Positions 1 to 13,838 of a DNA stretch of 64,000 nt are shown here, in pieces. The translations under genes were made by a program, and so were the position numbers. Source of the DNA: Octopus sinensis. Its lineage: Eukaryota. Positions within the stretch are counted from its first letter, which is position 1, and the number at the start of each line of letters is the position of its first letter. The notes below the pieces were generated by a model, which was not told where the DNA came from, ran no database searches, and saw only the letters and a program-made list of their open reading frames with translations. Where the stretch lies: contig NC_043019.1 of NCBI RefSeq assembly GCF_006345805.1, positions 30,565,360 through 30,629,359 of the forward strand, read 5' to 3'.

Positions 1-575
1 GTGATAGTGTATATAAGGTTAATACGAAAATCTGGCAAGAAATTTGAAATAATAAACATAAACAATAATTTTTTCTTTCCTTTAAAGAAAAGGATACTTT
101 AATTAAACAGTAAAAATATATAACAGATTGACAAAGACAAAACAAGCAATAATATAAAAGAGAAATGTCTCCATACATCAAACTGATATAGATTTGGTCT
201 AAATGGCTATATACTAAATGATATAAGCTTTATTTTACACCAGTAGAAGATATACAAAATTAACATTGAAGGTTCACAGCTAACTAGCAGAACAACTATG
301 CACGACTCATTAAGTTGTAATATATTTAATCTAAGATTCTTCACAAAACACCAAAATATCCAGACAAATCGCTTTTGACTTTCAAGTTTTTAGGTTTCTA
401 TTGCTATTATCATTATTATTATTATTATTATCATTATTATTTGTTTATGTTTACAAATGGAAAATTCTTTGGTTTTCTTTCTTCACATGCATGCATACAT
501 AGTTTTTTTTGTTGTTTTGCTTTGAGTTCTTCTTAAGAGTGTTCAAGCCTTGTATGTATATATGTATGTATGTGT

Positions 576-820
576 GGAGGCGCATGGCTTAGTGGTTAGG
601 GTGTCAGCATCATGATCGTAAGATTGTGGTTTTGATTCCTGGACCGGGTGACACATTGTGTTCTTGAGCAAAACACTTCATTTCACGTTGCTCCAGTTCA
701 CTCAGCTGACAAAAATGAGTAACGCTGCGATGGACTAGCATCCCATCCAGTTGGGGAACACATATGCCATGGAAACTGGAAAACCAGGATCATGAGCTTG
801 GCTAGGCTTTAAAAGGGCGC
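576..820 (+). mobile_element. tRNA-derived SINE family A; relatives at about 2995-3298, 49419-49514 plus 53867-53936 (split by the LINE), and a minus-strand copy ending near 61793
   Basis: A-box tggcttagtgg and a degenerate B-box; recurring body gtgttcttgagcaa..acttcatttcacgttgctccagt. Confidence 0.8.
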
Positions 821-1672
821 ATTTATTTATTTTTTATTATGTATGTATGTATGTATGTATGTATGCGTGTGTATGTGTACATGCACACGCAAATGTACTT
901 GTAAGTGTGTGAGTGCATATACATGTACGTGAGTATATATATGTATGTATGTGAATATGGGTGAAGCACTGGCATACAACTTCAGTTGAATCAATATATA
1001 AATCTATAAAGTCTACAAGTATCTAGTACTCGCTTTTCCCTAATTTTTACACCAACGTGTGTGTGTGTGTGTGTATAGATATATACACAAATGTGTGTGT
1101 GTGTATGTGTAAAAATGGTGTAGTTAAAGGGAAGCTGAGAAAAAAAAAAAAAAACAAGCCATGAAACACAATATGGATTTCTTAAAGAGCTGAAAATATA
1201 AACGTGTAAATGTGAAAATGTTTTGGCAATATTTCACCTCAAATATACACAGAAAAAAAAAAAAAAGGCTACATACAAGTCATTTTAGCTATCAACACTA
1301 AGGCCATATTGGATCAATGTCTTCAAAATATGAAATAATAAGGATATTTAATACATGTAAAACTGGTAAAGAGGTGATCACATGACCTCCTTCCAAAATA
1401 TCACTAACACATACACGAAGATACACACACACATATATTGATATACATACATGCACAATTTTCTATGTAAGAGTTTATCAAAAATATTTTTATTTGTGCA
1501 ATTTAGTTGCCATATGATTTTATTAGTAATCCAAGACTGACTACCAATGGTTGGAACTACTTGACTTCTGTCACTAATACTCTTAGGTATGAACATCACA
1601 ATATCACACCTCCTTAGGTATACGGTTTCTTGTCTATGCACGAAATCATCACCATCGTCATCATTATCATTT

Positions 1673-1707
<35 letters not shown>

Positions 1708-3429
1708 GTTATTATCGTTATTATTAAAGGCAGCAAGCTGGCGGAATAGTTACCACACCAAGCAAAATGTTCAGTGGCATTTCTTCCAGTTTTATGTTCT
1801 AAGTTTAAATTCTACCAAAATAAACAGAAATAATGGGCTATACACTTTTATTTATTATAGACTTACATCTGTTTCAGATCTGTGTTTGGGTGCATTCATG
1901 GTTCAATCTTAACAATCACTTGACTGATTGACTGAAAATATAGGGAACTACAAGCCTACATCTATCTTCTTCAGGGCTGTAAGCCTATAATAAATAACTG
2001 TGTATAATCCATTATTTCTGTCTATCTTATGTATCACTCAGTAAAAATGTGACATCTCAACTGGGTAGTGGAATTATGGATTTGAAAATCTGACTGATGA
2101 TGGACTTTGATTTTACAATACCAATCATAAGACCTTTTTGTTCACCTGATGTATTATTATCAGCATAGAACTTAGGAAGTATTTTGCCTGAATTAATAAA
2201 CCCTTATTTAATACCTCTTTGTTTTGAGATCATCTGATGATTGATGTTTGATTGATTTAAGTATGTTTCTCCATTTTCTAATTTTGTATTATATATATAT
2301 ATATATGTAGATAGATAGATAGATAGATAGAATAAAATAGAAATGAAAAGGCAAAGTGTATACATAGTCTATAGACCAGATATATATATATTCATTTAAT
2401 GATATATCTAAATTAAATATCCTTGTCAAATCTTGCAAAACTGCTTGCCTTTCCATTGCTGTTTTAATCTATATCTTCCAGCTCAAAGGGAAGCCACTTC
2501 TCGCTGCTCCAGAAAGGCAGTCTTAACATCACATCTTCAACTGCAGTTCAAACCGCAGCTCAAGTGGCACATCAAATTAAGCACTCAGAGTGCATATCTA
2601 TTGGTTTGAGTCGCCCTGATGAAAACTCCTCGTATACTTTATATATCCAAAGAGAAGCCAAAATAGGGAGCCCTGGTGGATACCAACTGCTTGATTGCTA
2701 AGGCTTCAACAACTGAAACAAACAATTCAATCCATAACCCTTTCACAACATCAGAATGGAAAGGACAGAGATTTCTCAAAAGATCAGTATATTTTCTATA
2801 TAATTGCACTAATACAAGCTCATATCAAAAGACCAATGTATTCTGTAAATGATGCCAAATAGAATAAATTTATGGTTAAACCCTTATTATAATAAAATTT
2901 ATGTAAGGTAAATATATTATATGTATATATATATATGTATATGTATATATATGTATGTATATATACATATATATATATATATTAATAATAATGTGAAGGC
3001 GCATGGCTCAGTGGTTAGAGTGTTGAACTTACGATCGTGAGGTTGTGAACTCAAATCCCGGACTGGGCTGCGTGTTGTGTTCTTGAGCAAGACACTTTAT
3101 TTCATGTTGCTCCAGTTCACCCAGCTGTAGAAATGAGTTGCGACGTCACTGGTGCCAAGCTGTATCGGCCTTTGCCTTTCCCTTGGATAAAACACTGGTG
3201 GTGTGGAGAGAGAAGGTCGGTACGCATGGGCAACTGCTGGTCTTCCATAAACATCCTTGCCTGGACTTGTGCCTGGGCGGGTAACTTTCTAGGTGCAATA
3301 TATATATATGAAGTGTTAAATACTCATGGTATGTGCAAATTAACTGTTCAAGTTCTCTGAAGTTACAGGATTTGTTGTGTATATAAGCAGATATTGGCTA
3401 CTTGTCCCTCTGGGATAGGTCAAATGATG

Positions 3430-4620
3430 TAGACTCCTCTGATAAGAATCCAAAAGATTCAAAAATGAATTGAAGCTATTCATTGTTTTTTTTTTTCCAA
3501 TCTACAGAGAAATAGTTAAGTTTCCCCCTTAGTGAATGAGTAAGACATGACTACTGATGAATTGGGCTTCGAGGAGTGCAGTATCAATGAAATCAGGGTC
3601 TTTGTTGCAGAGACACAGGTGCTGAAGAAATTATAATGAAAGGAGGTATCATATTTGGTGTGAGTTTGATGTAAAGAATAAAAGTTGATGTAGATGTGAG
3701 CCTGCGGGGAAAGGTGAAAGATTTTAACAGGATGAGTGGGACAGACATTTACTGAAGAATATGAAAAGCTAAGGTGCATTCCTATGAGTGAAATGGAATT
3801 GAAACAGTAATTGACATAACAACTGCTTAGCTCAGGTGTTGGTCCAGTAAACTTAGTATAAATTTTGGATTTTAATCTGGAGCCCAACTTGGTTGCCCAC
3901 AGCTACTGTACTTAATATTAGTAGAAATCACTGAAGAAGGTGGCACGTAAAAAGCACCCACTACACTCTCAGAATGGTTGGCATTAGGAAGGGCATCCAG
4001 CTGTAGAAACTCCGCCAAATCAAGATTGGAGCCTGGTGCAGCCATCTGGTTTGCCAGCCCTCAGTCAAAATTGTCCAACCCATGCTAGCATGGAAAGTGG
4101 ACGTTAAACGATGATGATGATGATGATGATGAAGGAAAATCAAATCAGACTGAGTGAGATAGAGATGTGCAGAGGCACAGGGTTCAAGTATGGTGAAGAA
4201 GACTAAGAACTTGATGGCCGAGAGGTTGTGACCATGGAGAATGAAAAGTATATGAGATCTTACATCCATGGTAGAGAGGAGTTTAGAGGGTCCGGGACAG
4301 AAGGGAAAGGAGTTAAAGAGATGGAGGGCATGGTCTGTGGCATTGATATAGGACGGGAAAGTAGCAACATTAGTTGGTAGAGGTAGCTCACAATTAGTTT
4401 GGTGCTGGGGCATCTACAAGAAGGGGCAACAGGAAGTGTTAGGTTTGTGAATTTAGGGACAAAAGTAGATTGTGGAAGTGAAGACTATTTTGATACTGAG
4501 GGTTAGTGCAGGAGGAAATAGAGAGGGGATGAGCTGGTTCATAGTGAGATGACTGGCTAAGATCTAGCCAGGGATGCTTTCTGCATGAAAAAGATAGAGT
4601 TAAGTTTAGGGCACTAAACA
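3430..4620 (-). mobile_element. Degenerate Penelope-like element RT fragment, interrupted by a SINE (about 3938-4131)
   Basis: Translated pieces FPSYINATDHALHLFNSF...LLSTMDVRS and a GVAVG..LG / FTGPTPEL..YVNYCF segment match PLE RT motifs (SYIKDT, TMDVKSLY, GxAMG, RYIDD); frameshifted. Boundaries approximate. Confidence 0.7.
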
Positions 4621-5358
4621 TACATAATGCAGTTAACTAGTTTTATAGGAACTTCTTTCGAAATTCCTATTTTTGTTTTTCACCCATTAACTTGTGTAGG
4701 TCGAACTATGTAAAACATTAGAGAAAGAAACCAGGCTGTTTCTTGCAATACATACCACTACATAGATCTAAAGCAACATTTTTTCAGGGGCCCTTAAAAT
4801 ACAATTGTGGATCCCCACAAAATCTTATATGGACCCACAGGGGCCACATAGACCCTGGTTGAGAACCACTGGTCTAATTGATAAGGTATTAAAATATAGC
4901 TGCTAAGTTTGAAGTAGTAGGTTACATGCCTGACCCCACAAAACTATTTTAATCATAACATTCTTTTCCAAAAATGTTTCTATTATTCAATACTAAATAA
5001 CAATAAACATAAGTTGTTTACTTATAAACTAGAGCAACAGGTAACAAAAAAAAAAGTAAGAGTTTTTAACATTTTTTTATTCATAAAAAAACCCCTCCCT
5101 AAACCCTGATGTTTACCATTTTCACAATGGTAAATCTGGCACTGGAAAAAAAATTCTATGTTTTTCCTTTCACTCGGCGTTCTAAACAGTATATTTGTAT
5201 TGTTTAAATACTGTATTTGGTTCTGTTAAGATATTTGTGTATGTGTGTGTGTGTATGTATCTTATATTATATTATATATATATATATATATATATAATAA
5301 TCATAAAATGACGACGAAAGAATGAGACCTCAATATTCGGTAAATAAAGGAATTTATA

Positions 5359-5476
5359 TATGTATAGTATAGGACAGTCAGTAAGCTGTCATAATAGGAC
5401 TCAGAGTTTCAAATGCCGGCATTTGAAACTCTGAGTCCTATTATGACAGCTTACTGACTGTCCTATACTATACATA
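5359..5476. repeat. Perfect 118-bp palindrome
   Basis: Exact reverse-complement symmetry centred on gccggc (5415-5420). Confidence 0.95.
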
Positions 5477-5846
5477 AATATACATACACACACACACACA
5501 CACATATATATGTTATGTATGTATGTATATGTGTGTATATATGTATGTATATATGCGTATGTGTGCATCTATATGTGTGTGTATGTGTATATATGTATAT
5601 ATATGTGTGTGTATATATATATATATACATATATGTATATATATGTATACATACATATATGTATACATATATATATATATATACATATATATCTGTATAT
5701 ATGTGTGTATATATACACACACACACATATATATACATATCTATATGTACGTATGTGTATGCGTATATATATATATATATATATATATATAAGTAGTTAT
5801 ACGCATGCACATAAATATGCGTGCATATATATATATGTATATATAG

Positions 5847-5877
<31 letters not shown>

Positions 5878-6416
5878 CACACGCACAGATAATTATCATT
5901 GCATGTAAAAAAAAATTTGAACCAAGGGAAATAACTCATGTACCATAACGGCGTGGAGTGATAGAAATTAAGCAAGGTTGTACTGAATGACCACCGAACG
6001 CAAAAAATTCTTGAAGAATTTAAAGTTGGAGAAAGAAAACCTAAAGTAGCATTCGTAAGCTAGTTACAAAGAAAAGGGTGGAAGAATAATTTCGATAAGT
6101 TACAAATTAAAATTTAGAAAAGATGAAAACAAATTAAATTCTCATGATCAATCGAAAATTGGATCTGATCGGGAACAGTGACATGGGACATGATTTAAAC
6201 TTACTGGACTTCGTCATTTAATAAACATAATTGATCGTCTGATCAATAAACATAAAGAAAAATAAGTGTTAACAATACTTTGGGGACAGCAGTAATTTGC
6301 ATAATAAAAAAAAATGTGTATGCGTGAGTGTGTATGCGAATATCATCTATGATATATGTATGGGTACACACATATAAGTACATATACGATATACGCACAC
6401 AAACATATTAATGGGT

Positions 6417-8228
6417 TTATGTACGAGCAACAAAGCCGTATTTTTCGGGTTGATAAAAGTACTTTTCAATGCATTTGACAATATCTTGCAATTCTTTCAT
6501 GACATCAGCCTTCCCGAGACCCCTGTCAGGCTTGGGACAATGTTCAGTGTAGTATTTGATCTTCGGTTCTGTCCCACTGGTTCTTAGGGTCGCTATACAA
6601 CCGCAATCAAACGTGAAAGTAATGACATGGCTTGACTTACTAGTTGGTAGCAGAGGTACGCCGTCCTCGGTATTACTGTCGAACCCCACAGTTAAATCCC
6701 GTATACCGCTGATAGCATAGGGTCCGCAACTTTTCGGATAAGTCCCTGTTCCTTGATAGTTGCGAAGATCGGCGAACATTTGGTCAGTGGCCGACGAATC
6801 ATAACTGAGGAAATAAGAATTTATAGACAGGTGGTTGCCGTAAGTGGAGTAGACCTCTTCCAATTGATCATTTAAATTTTTTCCTGCCTGGTGAACATAA
6901 CTGGCCATCTCAGCTATAACAGCTGCAGCACTTACACCGTCTTTGTCAAGAACCTTACTGCCACACATAAAACCTATAGCTTCCTCGAATGCAAATAAAA
7001 CAGATTTACCTTGGTTGATCAGTTTGTAAGATTCGCTGCCCATCCATTTAAAACCCGTTAAAGTTTCCACGAAATTCAAGTTTTCTTTGTTGGCGATAGC
7101 TTTCAATATTTTTGAGGAAACAGTACTGGATAACATATAAACATCAGACATAGATTTGTTAGGGTGGTTGTCTTTGTAACATTTTACCAACCACCAACCA
7201 AACAGGGCCCCCAATTCGTTTCCAGTAAATATTTTCCATTTTCCGTCTACTTTCTCGGCCACTGCCAGTCGATCGGCGTCAGGATCATTGGCCAAAATGA
7301 TGGAACTTTGGTGTTCATCGGCAGTTTTCATTGCCAGCTTTAAGGCACCCTCCCCTTCCTCTGGGTTAGGGTACTTCACAGTTGGGAAATCAGGGTCGGC
7401 TTCCACCTGCTCTTTAACAGGAATAGGTGGACTAAAACCAAATACCTCAAGCGATCGAGATGTGAATGGGTAACCAACTCCGTGCATGGCTGTATAAGTG
7501 AATTTCAGGGGAGACTTCTGATTCTGTGCTTTATGAAAACAGAGACTCTCCAAGTCTTTATTATATTCAGTATATACAGTTTCATAAGGGTCGCGAACGA
7601 GTGGGTTATCTTTCAATACTGAAGTATCCCATGACGTACTCCATGGCTCTAGGTTGTTGTCAATGGAATCGGAGAGATATTTTTCATACGGAGACACAAT
7701 CTGTGCTCCGTTGTTCCAGTAGACTTTATATCCATTGTCCTCTTTCGGATTGTGCGAAGCTGTCACCATAACGCCACATCGACAGCCATAATAGGAGACA
7801 GCATAGGGTACATAAGGGGTGGGGCACATCCTTGAATACAAATAAACGGGCACTCCAGCTCGAACGTAAATATTGGCCACTAACTGTGCAAACCTTAAGC
7901 TGTTGTAACGACCATCGTAACCGACAACTACACCTTTCGCTTTCAATTTTTCACAATCGTCAGCTTCTATGTAACGAAGTATACCTTGGGTGGCTTGTAT
8001 GATAATCAGTTCGTTCATATAAGCAAATCCAGCGCCCATCTTCGCACGAAGCCCAGCAGTGCCGAAACTGATACGTTTCAAAAGACATTTCTTCAGTTCG
8101 GCGATGTTTTGTTTTTCTAGAAGATCGTTGATTTCCGAACGGGTTCGTTCGTTCTTATCCCATAACATCCACTGTTCTATTTTAGCGTCCAGCTCTTTAT
8201 TTCCAGTAGTTTTCTTTTGCAGAGCCAT
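6417..8228 (-). CDS. PGM2: Phosphoglucomutase-2 / phosphopentomutase (PGM2/PGM2L1 subfamily), single coding exon, 603 aa
   Basis: Uninterrupted ORF from ATG at 8228 (MALQKK...) with alpha-phosphohexomutase motifs FGTAGLR, TASHNP (catalytic Ser), DPDADR (metal loop), FEEAIG (sugar loop) and RTSGTEPKIK (phosphate loop). The ORF-track start at 8327 is a non-ATG upstream extension. Confidence 0.95.
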   Translation of the reverse strand: MALQKKTTGNKELDAKIEQWMLWDKNERTRSEINDLLEKQNIAELKKCLLKRISFGTAGLRAKMGAGFAYMNELIIIQATQGILRYIEADDCEKLKAKGVVVGYDGRYNSLRFAQLVANIYVRAGVPVYLYSRMCPTPYVPYAVSYYGCRCGVMVTASHNPKEDNGYKVYWNNGAQIVSPYEKYLSDSIDNNLEPWSTSWDTSVLKDNPLVRDPYETVYTEYNKDLESLCFHKAQNQKSPLKFTYTAMHGVGYPFTSRSLEVFGFSPPIPVKEQVEADPDFPTVKYPNPEEGEGALKLAMKTADEHQSSIILANDPDADRLAVAEKVDGKWKIFTGNELGALFGWWLVKCYKDNHPNKSMSDVYMLSSTVSSKILKAIANKENLNFVETLTGFKWMGSESYKLINQGKSVLFAFEEAIGFMCGSKVLDKDGVSAAAVIAEMASYVHQAGKNLNDQLEEVYSTYGNHLSINSYFLSYDSSATDQMFADLRNYQGTGTYPKSCGPYAISGIRDLTVGFDSNTEDGVPLLPTSKSSHVITFTFDCGCIATLRTSGTEPKIKYYTEHCPKPDRGLGKADVMKELQDIVKCIEKYFYQPEKYGFVART

Positions 8229-8656
8229 TCTGATGCAACCGTGGGGAGTCAAGTGACGATAATGACAACACAAGTGTTTATAAATCCTTGAACTTTGTAG
8301 AAAGAGGAAGAGGTAGAAGTAGTTCAACTACTTAGTGGTGTTTAGACAGAGGAGGAATGAGGGAAAGAGAGAGACAGAGAGAGAGAGAGAGGAGGAGGAA
8401 TGAAGGAAAGAGAGAGAGAGAGAGAGAGTGTTGAGATGGAAAGAAAGACAGTATGTGTCAGTGTGTGTGTGTGTATACGTATGCAGGTGTGTGCATGTGC
8501 GTGCGTGAAAGAATTACGGATGGCTAAACGGACAACAAAAACCGTATTCCGTTCTCTATTGTTTGAAACGTGGTCCAACCACAGAAATTACTTAATCTAC
8601 TACAAATAATAATTAACTCTCCCGCTAACCACACTCTTAATTGAGCATATACATAT

Positions 8657-8845
<189 letters not shown>

Positions 8846-9637
8846 GTCATAACGGCACATGCGTGTGCAGATAAATTTTACCGTCTCAACTTTTTTTTGA
8901 TTATGATTTTTTAAGGTAAAAAAAAAAGAAAATCGTCTTCGAATTATTGTTTTGAACACCGGAGATTCTGAATCCGGAAAATTATTCTATTTTATTTTTA
9001 AATGCTTTCAGTTTAATCATAACAGGAACAATGACAGTAATAATAACAACAATGATGGTTTCAAATATTTGCATAAGACCAGTAATTTCGGGAAAGGGCT
9101 TAAGTCGATTACATCGACCCCAGTGCTCAAGTGGTGCTTATTTTATAGACCCTCGAAGGACAAAGGGTAAACTTTTGTAAAAACATGAATCTGAAAAAAA
9201 AATGCCGCTAAGCATTTTTGACTGACAGCAAACGAATGACAGCTCGCCACCTTAAACAACAGTAATATTAATAAGAACATCGATAATTAGTTTTAGAATA
9301 TCTGTCATGTAAACAGGAAATGTGGATTCGTATTATACGGGCAGCAATCGACTTTTCCTATTCAAAGGAGTTTTTTTTAGCGCGATATCTATTCGCTATT
9401 ACTTATAACTTTATCTACTTCAAATTTCAACGTTCCAAAATAGAATTATTCCATATTTCGTTTATATTTAAAGTGTTTGACAACATTCATATAATATAAT
9501 ATAATATAATATAATTGTTATAGTTTGCAACAATTCAGTGAAAAGGAATATATTTCACAAAAGAAAAACACGCAAAAAAATAAGAACGAAAAAACATCAA
9601 TGCAGCACCAAGTTCCTCAATTGGTCGCACAACACGG

Positions 9638-10330
9638 TCAAAGGAATCTACTGAAGCAAGCCAGTACGCTCGCGGCATTACCGCAAGCGCTGGAGAGGCT
9701 AAGGTGTTGGAAAAGCCAAGGACCACCCTCGTGAGCATCACCTGACACCTCGGTAAGCCGAGCTGTCAACGATGAAAAGAACTTTGCCATTAGTAGCCCA
9801 AACCCTCCAAACGTCTCAAATGTCACAGGTTAGAAGAGACAGTGGATCTTTTCGGTTTGAACGGCAGTTTTTTAAAAATAATTTCCACGTAACTAAACAC
9901 TTTTAAACTTCGTGTACTGGTAGAATGTGTTTATAAAACATCTTTTTCTCTTGGCTTTATTGAGGAAATTCTATAGTTTGTAAGATATTTGTTGTTTTTT
10001 TCCTTCAATTTCTGTAATTTCAACCAATCAATGACGTCTATTGTGCCGTATGAATATGTCCCTCGTTTAAGAAACAGATTGGGTTTATTTACATTTCTGA
10101 AGAAAAAAGATACCCTTCCCTCCACCTTAACCCTAAAATAGATTGAAATGCAATAGATCGATACTAGGGTCATAATTATGGGTGACGATTTCATATGACA
10201 CCGCTAGAAAAAACTGCCGTTCAAACTGAAAAGATCTGAGATAGTTCTGCCAGGTCCTGATGCTTCAAGGTTTTGTTCTATTTGGCTATGGAAGGAGTGA
10301 CCATCGCATTTCCCGAAGCTTACAGGATGT
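9638..10330 (-). mobile_element. 3' relic of a CRE-like (restriction-like endonuclease) non-LTR retrotransposon, split by a MITE
   Basis: PVTFETFGGFG...RLTEVSGD..E..WLFQHLSL...GNAASVL resembles the C-terminus of CRE-clade ORFs. Confidence 0.65.
9844..10237. mobile_element. Non-autonomous DNA transposon (MITE) with 8-bp TSD (Merlin- or hAT-type)
   Basis: TIRs gatcttttcggtttgaacggcagttttt / aaaaactgccgttcaaactgaaaagatc; flanks gagacagt / gagatagt. Confidence 0.85.
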
Positions 10331-10677
10331 GAAAGATATTTTGCTTACATTGAAAAGCAGTGGTTTCATTTTCTAAATCTTTAAAGGTTTCAGTTTCACT
10401 TTATCATGAAAAAATAATTACATATGCGAATAAAATATATTTGTTTGATATACTCTTTACTCTCTTTTACTCTTTTACTTGTTTCAGTCATTTGACTGTG
10501 GCCATGCTGGAGCACCGCATTTAGTCGAGCAAATCGACTCCAGGACTTATTCTTTGTAAGCTTAGTACTTATTCTATCAGTCTCTTTTGCCAAGCTGCTA
10601 AGTTACAGGGACGTAAACACACCAGCATTGGTTGTCAAGCGATGTTGGGGGACAAATACAGACACACAAACATACAT

Positions 10678-10710
<33 letters not shown>

Positions 10711-11178
10711 CATATATATATACATATACATATATATGACAGGCATCTTTCAGTTTCCGTCTACCAAAAAATCCACTCACAAGGCTTTGGTCAGCCCGTG
10801 GCTATAGAAGAAGACACTTCCCCAAGGTGTCATGCAGTGGGACTGAATCCGGAACCATGTGGTTGGTAAGCAAGCTACTTACCACACAGCTACTCCTACG
10901 CCTAATTTTATTTTTCATTTTCTGAAAAGACGAACATGAATTTGCTGTCACAGCTAACATAGTTATATAAATATTCCACATTAAAATATAAATCCCAAAC
11001 CGAAGAAAATATAAACATGAGTGAAGAAAGAAAAACACATCAATTCACCACTAAATGCATCAGTCAGTCGCACACTATAAGGTTCAATGGAACTTATTGA
11101 AGCAAACCAATGAACTCACAGCATATATCTCTTTCTATTCTCCATAGGCTGGGATGATGACTTGATCTATCTTACAGT

Positions 11179-11575
11179 TTAACCCTTTTGTTACCATATT
11201 TCTGCTGAGGTGCTCTGTGTTTCTTTCAATTAATTTTAAATATAACAAAGAATTTAGTAAAATAACTTTGTTATCATTCAGCTAGTGTTAGGAACATAAA
11301 TTGTGACTAAGGTTTGGTGGAAGATTTTAATTCAGAACTTATGAAAACAAGACATTTGTACTCATTGCCAGAGCCGGTTTCAGCCGGGTTGGTATCAAAA
11401 GGGTTAAATATAACAAAGAATTTAGTAAAATAACTTCGTTATCATTTAGCTAGTGTTAGGAACATAAATTGTGACTAAGGTTTGGTGGAAGATTTTAATT
11501 CAGAACTTATGAAAACAAGACATTTGTACTCAATGCCAGAGCCGGTTTCAGCCGGGTTGGTAACGAAAGGGTTAA
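11179..11575. mobile_element. piggyBac-like MITE (TTAA-CCCTT...AAGGG-TTAA) with internal tandem duplication; other copies at about 25960-26187, 27467-27693, 35698-35925 and 53940-54439 (three tandem units)
   Basis: ttaacccttt...aagggttaa ends and a shared internal sequence (aaatataacaaagaatttagtaaaataact...). Confidence 0.75.
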
Positions 11576-12327
11576 TGCACTACTTAGCCCTTAGGCAGAG
11601 GGGTTCTAGTGGCTGTCATTCTCTTGCAAGCATTCAGGTTATGCCTCTGGTTTGCAAAGAACTTCCACTTTTCATCCTAGCAATCTCAGAGAATCAGGAA
11701 TTATAAAGAGTCTCGGATGCTGGCCTTCCCTTTCTGACTTTACAGTTGAGTGGCTGGGTCATAAGAATTTGCTTCCCAACCACATGGTTCCGGGTTCAGT
11801 CCCACTGCGTGGCACCTTAGGCAAGTGTCTTCTACTATAGCTTCAAGCTGATCAAAGCCTTGCGAACCTGAGTGAAACCCATTGTGTGTGTGTGTGTGTG
11901 TGTGTGTGCATGTATGTATGTAGGTGTATATTCTTTTATTCTTTTACTTGTTTCAGTCATCTGGCTGTGGCCATGCTGGAGCACTACCAACATGAAGTGC
12001 TTTTGTCAAACAATTCGACCCCAGGACTTATTTCTAAGCCTAGTACTTATTCTATTGGTCTCTTTGCCAAGCTGCTAAGTTACAGGGATGTAAACACACC
12101 AACACCGGTTGTCGAGCAACAATGGGGGTGACAAACACAGACACAAAGATGCACACATATAGATATATACATACATTACTGGAACTTACTTTTTGTACTT
12201 TGCTATGTTGTCAATAAAGTTTTTGTTTTTACTCGTTTCAGTGAGTTACAACAGAATAATTCCTTCCTGGGTTTTGGTGGCTAAGAAAGTCCATAATAGA
12301 TGATGTAGTTCTCTCCGTATATATGCA

Positions 12328-12360
<33 letters not shown>

Positions 12361-12473
12361 TATATATATATAAAATTGAATAAGGGTAGAAATTGATGTT
12401 AATCTATTAAAACCAGTGGCCTAGCATATTAAAGAAATCCGAAGATTAAAATATTTTTTACATAACAAAATTT

Positions 12474-12519
<46 letters not shown>

Positions 12520-12553
12520 TCTACATATATATATACACACATATATATGTGTT

Positions 12554-12607
<54 letters not shown>

Positions 12608-12686
12608 TACATATATATATATACATATATATTACATATATACACATATATATACATATTATATATATATATACATATATATATAC

Positions 12687-12752
<66 letters not shown>

Positions 12753-12757
12753 AATAT

Positions 12758-12822
<65 letters not shown>

Positions 12823-12915
12823 ATAAAACGGTAAGATAACAAAAGAAAGAAAGAAACCTCGATATTATGTAAATAGAGGAATTTATGTGTAAATGTAATA
12901 TGTGACAATTATTCG

Positions 12916-12977
12916 GATAACTGAAGAATGGTGGCATGGGGATTTCCACCTCGGCGTCCAAAACTTGGTGTTTTATC
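12916..12977 (+). ncRNA. Degenerate hammerhead motif (G12>A); relative on the minus strand at about 15665-15724
   Basis: GAUAA-CUGAAGA-...-AAAAC-uuggu-GUU-UUAUC, enclosed by the inverted repeat tgtgacaattattcgg / ccgaataattgtcaca. Confidence 0.45.
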
Positions 12978-13012
12978 TTGGCTACCGAATAATTGTCACA
13001 TATTATATATTA

Positions 13013-13070
<58 letters not shown>

Positions 13071-13076
13071 TATATA

Positions 13077-13170
<94 letters not shown>

Positions 13171-13803
13171 GCATATACATATATATAGTTAATCCAAACA
13201 AGAAAGCACAAAAGAGACACAACAACTTCAGGATGTGGGACAAATATAGTATTATTGGACGCTCAGGAAAGAAGGAGGGTTTAATGTTTCGAGCGGAGCT
13301 CTTCGTCGGAAACATAGGAGAAGGAAAGATCCAGAGAAGGGAAGACAGAGGAAAAAAATCACCAACGGTACACATGCGGTCACATATATATATATATCTA
13401 CAATATATATATAACATATATATAAATACATAATATATATAAATATATATGTATATATAATATATATATATAAATATATATATATATACATACATATATA
13501 TATATACACACATATATATATATATATATATTATTATATATATTATATATAATATATAGCTATTATATATATATATGTGTGTGTATATTATATGTAATGT
13601 ATACTATATATTATTTTATATATATATATACAATATATTTATATATATATTATATATATATGTATTTAATATATATTATATTATAATGTGTAGATATATA
13701 TATATATACACATATATATATATATATATTATGTGACCGCGTGTGTACCGTTGGTGATTTTTTTCCCTCTGTCTTCCCTTCTCTGGATCTTTCCTTCTCC
13801 TAT

Positions 13804-13838
13804 GTTTCCGACGAAGAGCTCCGCTCGAAACATTAAAC
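13804..13838 (+). ncRNA. Ultra-minimal hammerhead-like motif (inverted copy 13279-13313; relative at about 19685-19719 on the minus strand)
   Basis: GUUU-CCGACGA-a-GAGC ucc GCUC-GAAAC-AUU-AAAC; the copy near 19700 has canonical CUGACGA but AAAAC. Confidence 0.55.

Noticed and set aside
576-660. tRNA genes at SINE heads
   Set aside because: A/B-box-like heads run into repeated SINE bodies and do not form full cloverleaves.
2460-2720. Possible terminal exon (+, 73 codons) or a minus-strand frame with three in-frame TGA (selenoprotein idea)
   Set aside because: No recognisable homology, partner exons or SECIS; the TGAs are simply the antisense of ordinary codons.
5463-5975. Many YI/CV/HT-rich ORFs here and throughout the ORF track
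   Set aside because: Translations of (TA)n and (CA)n microsatellites and SINE bodies, not genes.
6417-8228. Bacterial origin or contamination for the intronless PGM
   Set aside because: The protein has the animal PGM2-type sequence pattern and is embedded in host microsatellites; a phylogeny would be the formal test.
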